Shown here: piece after piece, positions 24,932 to 38,404 of the stretch
How positions within the stretch are numbered: the first letter of the stretch is position 1
Layout: the number at the start of each line of letters is the position of its first letter
Source: Adineta vaga
Taxonomy: Eukaryota; Animalia; Rotifera
NCBI GenBank assembly: GCA_021613535.1
Contig: CP075492.1
Location: forward strand, 3,162,001 to 3,226,000
Length of the DNA stretch: 64,000 nt
Direction: 5' to 3'
Program-made: the position numbers and the translations under genes
The notes under the pieces: model-generated
Databases searched by the model: none
Told to the model about the DNA's origin: nothing
What the model saw: the letters and a program-made list of their open reading frames with translations, nothing else

Positions 24932-27900
24932 ATGGAAAATAACAAAAACCAAGAGTCACTTAATAATTTAATATGGCAAAGAAATCTATCGAATGCCAGA
25001 AATATCAAAATAAATTTACAATCCATTATAGATGGTCCAATGAAACTATTGTATCAAATATTGAATCATTTTGAAAATCTGAATGGTACAGATCCTATTG
25101 GATTACTTTTAAGTTTATTTGTTTGTGTCGGGCATTTTTGTGGCGAATCAACAGTTAAAATAACAAATCATATATCGAAATTAAATGTTTTCCTTTTACT
25201 AATTGGTCCATCAGGTCATTTTTTATAAAGAAAACACTATAAAAAAATCACTTATACATATATAGGTAGTGGAAAGTCAAAAATAATATCGCCCATTAAA
25301 AAAGCAATAATTCGTGCTATTAAAGCCTTAGGAATTTCAAAACAAGATGCTGGAATCATGGATGATTTCACGAATGCTTCTCTTTCATCGAAATTATCTA
25401 AAACTAATGTTTTCATTCTCACAGATGAAGCTGAAAAACCACTGTTGTCATTGGGATTTTATTCACCATTATCAGAAGTTAGTGCTGCAGATCGTATTTC
25501 TGGATGTAAATTTTTTGGTACAATACCAACAACTAAAGATACAATGAGCTATCATTTGGAGATTAATTCACATTTATCTTTTGTTGGTGCAACTACAGGA
25601 CGATTATGGCATCGATTGATACATTTTTATGCACAAGGTTATCAAAGTGATGGATTTTCAGAAAGGTATTAACTTCTTCTTCATAACTAATCCACAAAGA
25701 TTCACATAATTGAAAGAGTATTCAGCAACTAAAGTTCATTATGAATATCATTGATAAGAAACCTCTAATGAAACATAACGACGATTGAAGAAAATTGAAT
25801 GTTGATTGGTTGATTAATTATCTTATAATTTTTTCCGCACATGTTGATACAAATCTTTCCATTATCGAATCCATAATTATTATACATATACATTAATCAG
25901 GAGATAGAACAAACTTTTATTAATAAGCAACTAATGCTATCATCAAAATTTACTCTATTTCTCTTTTGTAATCTGTTATTCAAGAAATACTTATAACATA
26001 TAATAATACATAAAATACATCATTTTTCATTTTAGATTTCTCCATTATGTTATGCCTAAGAAAAATGAGTTGAATTTTAATTTATCGCAATGCATTGAAT
26101 ATGAAGAAGTTGATGATGGTGATATTGGTGATGAATATGATGATGATATCAGTGATGATGAATATGACACTGAACAAAAACTAAGTTCAAATACGAATCT
26201 TCCAACTTTATGTCAAATTTTAATTATTTGCCAACTTCTTGGAAAACGTAAATTTATTTTAAGCAGAAATGGAACAAAAAAATTCTATGACAAAGTTCGA
26301 CAATATCAAGAACTTTCTCAAATTGATAAACCAGACGATGTCAATTATGGTTCTCGTATGGGAAAATCTGCTGAAATACTATGTAAACTAGTGGCTATAT
26401 GTCAAACACTTAAAATCTCTATGGATATTCTGAAGTAAATATAATGAACTAAAAATTTACTTATATCAATAATTCAACAATTAATTTTACGTTTTAATTC
26501 ATAGAACTCTTCAAGAACAAAAACAATTGATTTCTGGTGATTTAACTTTTAATTTTATTCGAAGTGTAACTCAAATTATTGAAACAAAATATAAGTCTAC
26601 AAACAATATTATGGAAATAGATTCATCTAGTTGTCGACTAGCAGTAACCATTCTTTGTAGCCATTTACTTAAAACATTATTTACTTTGTACAATACAGAA
26701 CCAATTACTGAACCTGACGAAAAATCCACAAATCTACAATCAATTTCTAGTAAAATTCCTTTTCCAAACATTTCTTTTATACTAATTGTTTATTAGTTCA
26801 TTCAAATATAAATACTATTCGTGAACGCATAATTCAATTTCCACAACTTTTCTTCTTGAAACGTGATTTAACTGGAAGTATGGGTGTACTTCGGCATTAT
26901 CCTTCTCAAATGGTCAATATCGTTCTTGATGAATGTATCTCTTATCAATTAATACGAAAAGGACGTATGAGTTTTTAACTATTCAAGCAAATATTTCTAT
27001 ATTCATATCAATATTTTTGTTAGCTTACATCACAACAACGTCTCGTGGAATTGTTCATATGAAATCTTTTCCATCAAATAATATTTTAAATAATCCATCA
27101 AAACTTGTTGCACTTGAACAAATACTTAATGAAAACAATTTGAATTTAACTAGCTACTCAAATATTCTTTGCCAATGTATTATAAAAGAAAAACAAATAC
27201 TTACATCAGCTGGGAAAGATATATTATTGTTACCTGAACACAATCTTTTATATCAACATTTAAAAGAAAAATATCCAGAACGCCAATTAAATGGTAAATT
27301 TTCATATACAACGATCATTTATTTCATTATAATCACTACGTCAATACAATGATCAAATCTATTTTTTGAAACATAAAATTCTATATTTTAATTAATTATT
27401 CTTACAACAAGTTTATAATTTTCAATTTTTTCTATTATAGATATAATTCCTTCATCTCAACCAATTGTTTGCACAAACATTATAAATGAAGAATTACCGA
27501 AATCTACAATAGATAACGCATCAAATATCCTCGACACTTCCGATTATGGTAAAACAATAAGAAATTCATAATGTGCATCATTGTTTTTTTTTCTATTGCA
27601 CAGTAACTAATTTATCAACACCAATTCTGTCATCTACAACAATTGATACAACATTAATAAACAACTTTTACAATAATACACCACCTCCATCAAATGACAG
27701 CTCTTCAGCACTGACATTAAATATTCCAGAAAGTAATTATTTATATTATTTTACATCTGATCATGACCAATATTGAACTCTAATTATTTAGAAAATTTCA
27801 TCACTAATCCACATCGAACACAATCAACAATCAATCAAAATTCAAATCAAAACAAAACGTTACCAATCACAGAACATGAACTCATCACCACAAATAATCA

Positions 27901-28651
27901 TACAATGCATTTTTCTACAAATCAAACTTTTAAATGCATAAAAACAATGATTCCATTACAACAATCACGTATATCATTTTCATAATATATAATACTATTT
28001 GAAAATATCTATCTAGCAACACAATCAGACAAGCAAAACAATGTCAAATATATCATTCCAACACATTCTGGTAAATTAATCAGCAAAAAATCTAAAATAA
28101 AGAGAATTTCATTTTTACTTTCAGTATTATCCTTCAACAATATAAATGATTCAATGCAAATATCCGCTGCTCAAACATCAGTATCAAATATTAATAATAT
28201 CTTCCAGTCATCATCTACTATGGCTCATACTATTCAACAAGTAAATGTATTTTAATTTTTGTTATGAGCTTATTTTTGCGAATCCATCAATAGTATTTCG
28301 TTCGATCGATAAAAAACAATTCCCTTGATATTTTTTACCAATTTTATCAATAAACAATTTTAATAAAAAAATTTCCGTTTTGATTTTGTTTTCATTAATA
28401 ACTACCAAAAACCAAAAATAAAAAGCATATGAATTATACGCATAATTCATCTTTTTTCACCATACTTGAAAATCACTAAATTACTTCTATATTTATTTAC
28501 TATTTAGAACAAATCTTTAACCATGTTAACTAATAAATCGAATACATCGTCAAATAATGCACGCATTGCATACGAAAATAAAACGAATACATCAAACACA
28601 TCACAAATAGTTGATTTGTTTGATAATAACACAAGCATAATTGAATCAAAA
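24932..28651 (+). CDS. DUF3987/YfjI-like AAA+ (helicase-type) P-loop ATPase with long Ser/Thr/Asn-rich region; 3'-truncated
   Basis: Walker A LLLIGPSG/SGKS split by intron 25215-25265; Walker B VFILTDE; sensor-1-like LSFVGATT; Arg-finger-like DGFSER/FL across the next intron; further exons to a donor at ~28652 with no acceptor after. Confidence 0.7.
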
Positions 28652-28677
28652 GGTAATCTTATTATTTGAATATCATA

Positions 28678-28760
28678 TTGAGGGGTGGGTGAGGGGTGTG
28701 GGTGTGGGTGTGGCTGTGGCTGTTTTTTATCTACACTCCGCCTACATCCATACTCTCAAG
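28678..28760. repeat. telomere-repeat hairpin (TGAGGG/TGTGGG arm ... C-rich arm ending CTCTCAAG)
   Basis: ttgaggggtgggtgaggggtgtgggtgtgggtgtgg...cactccgcctacatccatactctcaag. Confidence 0.8.
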
Positions 28761-29860
28761 ATGGTTTTGCAACACGATGAATAAAAATTCTCGGAAACCG
28801 ATCCTCTTTTCGCTATAGATAGAACTGGATTCTTGAAAAATATAGGCACATATCATATTTGCTCTAAAAAATTAGATGTTGTACGATTTATTCTCTCCTA
28901 AAATTGTTCTGGATAGGATCTTAATAACGAATATCTTTGTGATTTCCAAATAGAATTCGAGTTTATTGATACATGAGAATCTCCATACTGGTTCGAGGAA
29001 GTCTCTCAGATATGAAGCATCTAGACTTCTCATTTCTCATCTGTTTGTAAGGTTATTATTATGTGGCATTCAATCGGAAAAAAGGATTTAATGCGTATAG
29101 TATGTGATATAAAAACGTGTTACTTGATGTAGAGATGAGAGGAAACGATAGACTTTCGCCTCGCCTATTTTTGCGATCAATTTGATCGAGATGACAACTA
29201 TTCTTTTCGAAACAACGAACAAAAAAAGTTAAAACTAACGAACTGGTCAAGATACTATAGCAGAAGTCGATGTCCAGATTGGCGATTGTTAGGTTTCTCG
29301 TTATTAATTTGACGAGCTTGAAGAATTCGAAATAAAGACATATTAATCTCGGTTTCTCGAACTTCCAACATATCGTCACAGAGTTCCCTATTATTGTTAT
29401 CCGCCAGACAGAACAGATAATGTTACGTAATAAAAAACCTGTTTCGTACGCATACCACTAGTCTAACGCTATAGTCATGTGCCTCATCGATAGTTCGAAC
29501 ACAAAAATCAATTTGTCACTTTTCATTTTTCATTTTTTCTTTGTAATAATAAATATAAAATATCTCTGAGTTTACGTTCAAATACAGTTTCGATCGGTTG
29601 GATATAGAGATCCTGTTTGTAATCAAAACTATCGTGTTATGCAAGCGCGTAACGATGACGAAACTTATAGCGCACACATTTTTTGTGTATACTATTCACA
29701 GAACAATACGAAAACGAACAACGTGACAATGCAAATTTTACCGTACAAATTAAGGATAAAGTGGAAAAAAATGAGTCACTCGACATGACCAAGCAAAATG
29801 ATACATAATTATGAGTATAAATTAGATTACAATATTCTAGAGATTATTTATTTGACATTA

Positions 29861-30616
29861 ATGGGAAAACTCGATGGAAAAATTGCTTTGGTTACAGGTG
29901 GTTCAGAAGGTATTGGTTTAGCAACTGCTGCACAGTTTGTGATTGAAGGTGCTTATGTTTTTATTACTGGACGTCGTAAAGAAGTACTTGATGAAGCAGT
30001 GAAAAAAATTGGTAGTGAAAATGTAAGTGCAATTCAAGCAGATTCAACAAAATTAGATCAAATTGATAATGTAATCAACATTATTGAGAAACAAAAAGGA
30101 AAACTCGATATTCTCTTTGTAAATGCTGGAACAAGTACATCTTTACCACTGGGTTCAATCACAGAAGATCATTATAATTTTATATTTGATCTTAATGTCA
30201 AAGGAGTATTGTTTATTGTACAAAAAGCATTAGGAATTCTTTCTATCGGCAGTTCAATTATCATAAACGGATCAGGTCATAGTATCAAAGGTTTTCCAAC
30301 TTATAGTGTTTATGCCGCATCAAAAGCTGCTGTTCGTTCATTTGCTCGTTGTTGGTCTGTAGATCTAAAGGATCGAAAAATTCGAGTAAATGTACTTAGT
30401 CCTGGTGCAACTGAAACACCACTAACTAGAAAAGTTGTAGGTGGTTCTGAAGAAGATTGGCAAGAAGCGAAAAAAAAATATTCGGATCTTACCGTCTTAG
30501 GTCGTTTTGGTCAACCTGATGAAATTGCAAAACCTGTTGTATTTCTGGCATCAGATGATAGTTCATATATCACCGGAATTGAACTTTTTGTTGATGGTGG
30601 TCTTACACAAATATAA
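29861..30616 (+). CDS. classical short-chain dehydrogenase/reductase, bacterial-type
   Basis: MGKLDGKIALVTGGSEGIG, VNAG, YAASK, RVNVLSPG, ITGIELFVDGG; no introns. Confidence 0.92.
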   Translation: MGKLDGKIALVTGGSEGIGLATAAQFVIEGAYVFITGRRKEVLDEAVKKIGSENVSAIQADSTKLDQIDNVINIIEKQKGKLDILFVNAGTSTSLPLGSITEDHYNFIFDLNVKGVLFIVQKALGILSIGSSIIINGSGHSIKGFPTYSVYAASKAAVRSFARCWSVDLKDRKIRVNVLSPGATETPLTRKVVGGSEEDWQEAKKKYSDLTVLGRFGQPDEIAKPVVFLASDDSSYITGIELFVDGGLTQI

Positions 30617-31630
30617 AACTGTTCTTTTTTTTTTATACATTTTCATTATCAGTTGTGTCGAACTTGAAACTTTAGTTCAATTGAAAATTATCACTTCAAT
30701 TGAATTTTCAATTAAAACTGTTCAATTCAAGTTTCAAATGAAATTATGTGCTCAATGTTTTAATACTCCTCTGCATCCTCTCCACACCATGAATCAGCTG
30801 TTATCCGTTCTGCACGTACGAAATCTCAATTTCAATTTTTTTCCATTGAATGTAAATTTCCAGTTTGACATGTATGTTAATTACAAGCTTATCGACAAGG
30901 ATCTTCTCGTGGACAAAGTTCTACTTATGAACTGAATAATTTGCAAGTTATTGCTCATATAAAAAACACATTATCGAATGATTGAATCGGGGGTCTTTTT
31001 TTAATATAATTTCATCATTCAAAATAAGTGAAAAGGCTTAATTATCTCTGTTATATGACTTATTTTGTTTGTGTGTTTCACTGCGAATTGAAGTAGGAGT
31101 TGTTTTCTTTGTTTTCCCATAGCAAGATGTTATCAGTTAAAACAAATTGATTCAATGACAATCAAAAGTATCTATATTTCTCTTGAAGGCAGCGAGTAAC
31201 GTAGAAAAGTAAAAGCTCTTTTCACTGTAAATTAATGAAATCTCAACAGTAGCAGATATTCATTTGTTGCCTTCGCTTGACTACATCATTAGGTAAACTA
31301 TAGTACTTCATCTGGCATGTCTGTCTTTGTCCATATGAAGATCAAAATGACCATGATAAAAGTTATCAATGTACTCGAACTTTGTATGACGACAATTGAG
31401 CAAAAAATCAATGAAACTTTTGCTACAAAGACAGATTTTTCAACATTGGAAATTGAAGTTTATAAATAAATTGATGTAGAAAATCGATGTGTAAATTCAT
31501 TTAAGAAACAGTTGAAATATTTTGTTCAGCTTTCTTTCAGAGTTCATCTTGAATTTTATTTCTAATAGAACGAATACATTAAGCTGAGCTTTGTAACTGT
31601 CTTGTTTTCTTTTATTCTCTCTCTCTCTCT

Positions 31631-32377
31631 CTAGATTAATCTTCTTAGTTGTTCCACACATTTTGCATTTCCTCCTCCATTAGATGTCAACAATCGACTA
31701 TCTTCACTTAGTGTCAGTTGAACCTGTTGCCCAAACACTGATAGAGATGTGCTGAAACCACTTGTTGTTGTTAAACGTGGTATACGAGCATCTATTTGCA
31801 GATTCACATTGGGTGGACAACGACCTCTATAATAGAAACAGAAAATGATATGAAAATAGTTGTATTTGTCAGAGAGATGTTATTATTGACAATTCGAGTA
31901 GAACCATGAGCCTATACAATACCATGTGGGATTATACGAATGTTTATCAAACAAATGTAAAACAAGTGATGCACAGTGCCTTCGATCTATATTCGGTTAT
32001 TTCTCACGTATAGCTGTCGTCGTTCATCTTAATTAGTCAGAACTATACCATTGACATTACAAATATTTTGATTATTTGAATCTGAGTAAAGTGAATACTT
32101 CGTTTACATACTCAAAACGAAATCTAATGCTTGTTTCATTGAATGGATATGGTGTCGAAATATAAAACAGATTTTCGATGCAACAACATTGTTGTGGATC
32201 ACATGGAGAATAGCGAGCTGAATAAAGACCGCACCAGTATGGTAATGCAGCACTAATACCTTTGAAAAAATTGAAAATAACTTTATCTAGTAATCTGAAT
32301 AACATTGGCCTACCTATATTTTGAATTGTAAAAAGAATTATAATCGTTTCTATCACAGAAATAACTTGATTCTTCAT
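31631..32377 (-). CDS. small secreted Cys-rich protein (W..C-D-x3-CCC family), ~3 exons
   Basis: hydrophobic exon 32377-32314; WCGLY..CDPQQCCC exon; last exon GRCP...VFGQQVQLTLSEDSR..KC from ~31826; same pattern as the 54705 gene. Confidence 0.6.
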
Positions 32378-33584
32378 TTCGTTTCTTTTTTGCTGTCGAC
32401 AATTGGTTTGGTTAAACGTCTACTTACGTATTTGTGATTTATATTTACTAACGACCATACTTACATATCCTTCACTATTTGCTTTGACTGATTTGCTCGT
32501 ATGGTATTCACTCGTGTCATAGTCCATTTAAATTATCACTAATCTTTTTAGACAAAAACAATACATGCTGTCATAGAATGACAAAGCATTACAACGCATT
32601 TCAAAATGTTAGATTTACTAAACTTGATGATATTTGATATGCGTTGTTGATTAGTTATTAGCCTAGAGAGTAGTGTTCTTCACGGTCAATACAAAAAAAT
32701 AAGACATATTCATCTGTTTTTTTGACGATGTTCGGCGGATATTTTGTTGTCCGTATATAATAAATTGAACATAAGGGTGAGTGTATATGTCCCTGTTGAT
32801 ATAAAGAGAACAACCACATCCACACTTCACACCCTCAAGATGATTATTATCAATTTGAAGCGAAAATTCGAAGTGAAATGCCATTTACATGTGTTTGGAT
32901 TAGTGATCTTATTGAAATGCCAGAGAAATATGATGATTTCTTTGGACCAAGGTTCAAATTAACTTAACATTCGAATATCCTTTTTTTATAAAGTCACTTT
33001 AGAGAAAAAAAATAAAAAGGAGAGTTTAAGAGTGTGGGTGTAGGTGTTAGACAGATGTAATACTCGCAGCCACCCTCACATTTTTTAGAAGAAACAATCG
33101 AAAATTGATTTTTTCAACCCTCAAAAAAAATAATTCTAACACAATGACATTGCAGTGTGTATCTAAATTGATAAAGTTATATTTTTCTGACATCTGTTTT
33201 ATGGCTTGATAATGAAATTATAAATGCCCATAGAAACAGAAACATAGAATTTACCTTTCATTATTGCAATATGTTACTAATTATTTTTAAAAAAAGCAAA
33301 AATATCGAAAGAATTTCATTTATTTAGATCAACGACTAAATTAATCTGGATTTTCTTCTCATATATTTGTCAAATTTATTTCATTCGATCGATTTACAAT
33401 GTTAAGTCGAAATTTTGAGATGTAATAACATACGAAATGTGCTGTATGTTATTAATGCATTAGGCGAATGTCAAAGTTATGAATTAGATTCAATTAGTTC
33501 AATCTAATAATTTTCAAAACATAAGATTTTATTTTTATTTAATAATCGAACATTGAAACAACAACAAACTACATCAATAATTAT

Positions 33585-34601
33585 TCATTTTATACATGAA
33601 GAAAATGATGCTGAAATAGATTGTAGACTTTTTTTGAACATAGCACAACATATCTCACGAAAAGTAGCCGATGCTAATGTATACAATATTGATGTGATCT
33701 AAAAATATCCAAAAGAGAAAATTAATTTTCTTGTAATTTTGATAAAACCTACCGCTGCATATGTATACAGTAAATAAGTTCCCCAATAATAACATAAATA
33801 AATCATTTCTCGTTCATTACTCAAAGAAGTACGTATAACAGTAACATGATAAATAACAACTGGCATTGCTGTTCTTAAAGAATTTAGAATTATATAAAGT
33901 AAAACTTGTAAAAATGATAAACGTATAAATTGAATTTCTCGTCTTTTCTGTGATTGTCTTTCAATACCAATTCGACCAGTAAGAATTGTTATTGGATTTA
34001 TTCGACGACCAACATGACGTAAATTCATTAATGTTAAAAAACTAAATAAAATCATAATTATTAATGCACCAATAGCAGTAACAATATGATATATCGATGA
34101 TAACACGATATAATCATGTGCACTTGCACATACTGTATTAACTGAAGAATAACCAGTAGCGGTATGAATATTAAATAAAATCCAAAACGATAATGTAATG
34201 ATAACAGTCCAGCGAGCTGTTCGATGTGAACTTTGTTTACGAATCCAAGCATTTGGTGATGTAATCATCCAACGATTTATACAAATTAGACAAAGAAAAT
34301 TTCGAGAAAGAACAAGACTAAGAACATCGAGATAGTTACTGATTTTACAAAGAATATTAATACGACCAAATATGTTATAATTATTAATTACAGCTATTAT
34401 ACGAAATAAACATGGACAATTAAGCATTAAAAGATGAGAAATTGATAAACAAATAAAATATGTGGAACAACTATTTGAACGAAGTTTCGATTGACAAAAA
34501 ACAATTATATTTAATATATTACCGATTAAACCAATTGCATATACAAATGGTAAATAGTAGATCGATGGTTGAGTTGTAAACAGAGCGATCAATGATGGCA
34601 T
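33585..34601 (-). CDS. orphan class A GPCR; last intron ~33699-33752
   Basis: GLIGNILN, LCKI, CLICINRW, seven hydrophobic segments; final exon ITSILYTLASATFRE. Confidence 0.85.
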
Positions 34602-35693
34602 TATGGTTTTTACTTTCAAATATTCACAGAGAATATATATATGAATAGAGATATAATTGATTATTATCAACAATTAAGTTGAAAAGAAGGTTAATCCTTT
34701 TTTCTTTTATGATACGTCGAAAAAGTAGACAATTAGAAGAATCCAATTAAAATAAATTGTTGTTTATCGTGATTTAAAGATTTGTCCTTCATGGAAAAAA
34801 GAAATAAATGAGTTTTGATCTGTCATGAACAAAATTAATTCCATATTTTAAAAATAATCAATAATAGACGTGTCCCATGAGAAAACTTGATTGAAATGGT
34901 TGAACATATTGAGTTGTCTTCAACATGCTCTTTCTTTGGTGTCTCTATGAAAGCAGACATTTGAGGTTATTATCAAAGAAGTTTATCGACAGGATCGAAT
35001 AGTATATTAAAGGTTCTGGTGTCAAATGCTCACTATAGTCTAAAACAAATGAAAAGATTTTATTGATGAAACCTTATTTAAAAAAACATACATTATTGAT
35101 TTTGAAAGAAAGCGTATCTTTTATTCTATTCTTTATGAAAATTGCTGAAATGATAATAAAAAAAATGATTGTACGTTAAATACTTGAGAGGTTACATCTT
35201 GTGGATGTAATAGTCGTAAATAATATTGTGGTTGACTGTTCGTTTTCTAACATAATGTTGTATATTCGGTAGTTTTAAGTGAAGAGAAGATTGATTTTAC
35301 AGTATATTCTCAACAACTATGACTTCAAGCTTCTACATTTACGGTCTTATCATCAAAAGTACACCAGATATTTACAAAACAATCATAAAAAAACGAAAAC
35401 CTATTGCAGAAAGAGTTGAGTGGATAAAAGAGATATCTTTTGGATCGTAAATTTATGCAAAATAACCACAACTGTAAAGTATTTGAAGCAATCTTTATAA
35501 ATAGTCTAAAATGACTAAGTATGTTTCGAATTCTTTTTGTTATTTATGATGGAAACTTCACCATTGTTGTCCGTATTTATAACTCTCCTTTGATTTCATA
35601 GATTCATTTTGATAAATAGAGTTCTCACAATGAAAAGATTTTGAATATACTATTATTATTTGACTTTAGATTATCGAATTGTGAGAATAAAAC

Positions 35694-36185
35694 ATGGATT
35701 TGGAATTTTCAGTGACAGAAAGTATCACTCGTAATTATGGTCATATTAATCAAATTCATTATCAATTTGAGGAAGTTAGTTTTGAAAATACTTCGAATGG
35801 AATAACAAATAAAAAAGAACGACGTAGTAGAATATATGATACTAATATTACAAGAGAACATTATAATGTTTTAGGTAAAAATATTCGAAATGCATTGTCA
35901 TTTGATAATTTTATTCTTGTTTTACGGCCATTCGTCATGGGATATTATCAAAACGATGAATTAGAACAAGCATTTCGTGTTTTAGATAAAGATCATTCGG
36001 GATCTATTAATGTAGATGAATTAGCAAGATTTTTACCGATTATTAATGAAAATGCAACAACGGAGGCGTTGAAAAATTATATTAGAAAAGTTGATATTAC
36101 TAATGATGGAGATTTAAATTATGATGAATTTCGAACACTTATATTAAAAGGTATTGGACGGGATATTATATGTAATCATATTTAA
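35694..36185 (+). CDS. EF-hand (calmodulin-like C-lobe) protein; upstream exon ~35319-35518 appears damaged
   Basis: DKDHSGSINVDE and DITNDGDLNYDE canonical EF loops. Confidence 0.75.
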   Translation: MDLEFSVTESITRNYGHINQIHYQFEEVSFENTSNGITNKKERRSRIYDTNITREHYNVLGKNIRNALSFDNFILVLRPFVMGYYQNDELEQAFRVLDKDHSGSINVDELARFLPIINENATTEALKNYIRKVDITNDGDLNYDEFRTLILKGIGRDIICNHI

Positions 36186-36499
36186 CTTTTATTTTCATAT
36201 AAAACTGTACTTTTTTATTGTCTTCATACAAGTTTTCCAATTTTTCTTATATCTTGAGGGTGTGGGTGTTCCTTATAGAGTTGCTAAAATTCACACATTT
36301 ACTTACACCGTAAACTAACTGTAATAAAACGAATACCATGCTTCTGAAAAAATTCTTTAATATTTTCATTACGGAATATATTTATATCAAACAGTAAAAT
36401 TGATCCGGAGTTTTTTTTAGAGATATACGTTCATACATCAATATTTATGTTTGAAACCAATGATATCAGATTTTTAAGTTCATTTTATTGTTTTAAAAG

Positions 36500-37530
36500 A
36501 TTTCAAAAATGATCAATATCATTCTGCTGTGTTTAAAATCTCACTGTACTTTCCACCAACAGCTAATACTTTTCCATCTGTTAACAGAAATGCTGTGTGA
36601 GTGCCTTATATACAATTCAACACTCTTTAGATAATAACTACCATTGTGTCCACCAGTAACTAAAACTTGTCCGTTTCTTAATACGGATGCCGTATGTTTT
36701 CCACGTACGTAACTCATGTTACCAGTAGTTGTCCAATTTCCTGTTTCAGGATCATATAATTCAGCTGTAAGTAAAGAATTACCTCTTCCATAACCACCAG
36801 CAACTAATACTTTTCCATTTTTTAATAACGATGCTGTGTACCATATCAGATGAGAAGGAACATTTTGTTTTTTCATTTTTCTTAAATAGTGACGTTTACC
36901 AAGAGAGAAATCTTTATTGAAAACTCACCTAATTGCTGATTGCTAGATGTTGTTAAGACTACCGTTGTAGTTGAATTATGTGTCGCTATTCATCAAAATA
37001 GAATATTTCATGTAAATAAACAGAATACTTTCATTATCAAGTAGAGATTGGAATTAAATTTGATAAAAGGTTCGAGTTCGACATGAATATATGGTTTACT
37101 CACGTTTTACGATTGGTGGACAAATTCGTTGATTACTCATTGATATTGGGTAGCAAACAGAATGATCATAACATCAATGATGATGAACACAAATAGTGTC
37201 GGGCTGTATGCTGACATGTTTTATTTGCACTGGCACAAGGCATTAAGTTAGAACAAAACACTGCAAGAAAACCACAAACATCAGTATTATCAGCACTTGC
37301 TGTATGAAAACAGCCACAAGCACTATTCGTTGAACATCGATCATATTGAGCTACGCCGTCACATATTCGAGATTCTACTTGAACTATGAAAAAAAATTAA
37401 TTAATCATTTAATACATAGAATAGAATTGAAAATTGATTGTTAGAAAAAATAAAAGATAAAAATGAGTTTCATATACCTGAGAAGAATAAAAATGAAAGA
37501 ATAAATCATAGCTTGTAATGAAATGGTATG
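36500..37530 (-). pseudogene. signal peptide + Cys-rich domain + Thr linker + Kelch repeats, disrupted
   Basis: Kelch HTASVLRNGQVLVTGG..AELYDP..W; Cys-rich exon QYDRCSTNSACGCFH..CGF at ~37385-37103; linker exon ~37000-36930; frameshifts and deletions. Confidence 0.65.
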
Positions 37531-38404
37531 ATATGATGAAAATGTCTATCAGCTTTTTATTTCTAACAGATAGATGCTATTTTAATCTGTATTACTCTTA
37601 TGTTAGAAAATAGATAATCAAATTCGATATTGTTTTTTAAGTGATTTCCTATGATGACAGAGAATATAATTTCCCTGGATTAAAATAGACTGATGAATAT
37701 TTTCTAAATACGTCATTGAAGGCTTTGCATTGTCATAAGCGTTAAATTCCACGTTAAGTATTTCAATAGTTATTTTCTCAATTCTATTTTGACTAATCCT
37801 TTTGTAAAATTGAAATAAACGACAACATTGTGAATATGTTTTTTGATCGAAGTTTTTGAAAATATTGATTAATTCTTCTCGATGTTCTCAATGTATACAA
37901 TCAATTGTGTTACATTAACAATGTTTATATTATTCGATAGAGAATTTCATGAGCTACAAAATGATACACATGAAGATTAAACCATCCATTGAAAGAGATT
38001 CACCTTAGTTCGAACTGATGGTTACCATCTTATAAAAATTTATTTGATCTTAAACACTTTGTGAAGTACTCATAATGCTTATAGACATAAATCTGAAGTT
38101 TCTCGAAGAATGATATGGGAAAAAATCAATTTAATACAGTAGGTTCAGTGCAAATAATATAATACTAATTCATTTTATTAATCGTTAATTGACTTCGATT
38201 GTGAACAGTTTATTCATATACTCATCCTGTATGTGGTTGATGCTTACGTTATATATTTTATAAAAGTCCTTTTCTTTTAAACTTGTGAGTGATTAGCGTA
38301 CCTACATCCGGATTTTTACGGATGTGAGAATAAAAAAGATCCACCCACAACCTTTAAAAATCTACATTGCAAAGCATAACAGAAAACTCAAGATAGATCT
38401 TTGA

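Larger units (their letters stand above)
19411..28678 (+). mobile_element. candidate large Ginger2-like DNA transposon carrying RPA-like and AAA+ genes; right end truncated
   Basis: starts TGTCACAGTTGACATG after a TA-rich run; three co-oriented intron-rich genes; uniform A-rich/G-poor plus strand; no matching right TIR seen in the window. Confidence 0.55.

Noticed and set aside
28760-29400. continuation of the ATPase gene or a transposase remnant
   Set aside because: composition differs, no recognisable motifs, no splice path from 28652
30655-30740. AT-rich palindrome after the SDR as the element's right end
   Set aside because: no similarity to the reverse complement of 19411-19460; low complexity
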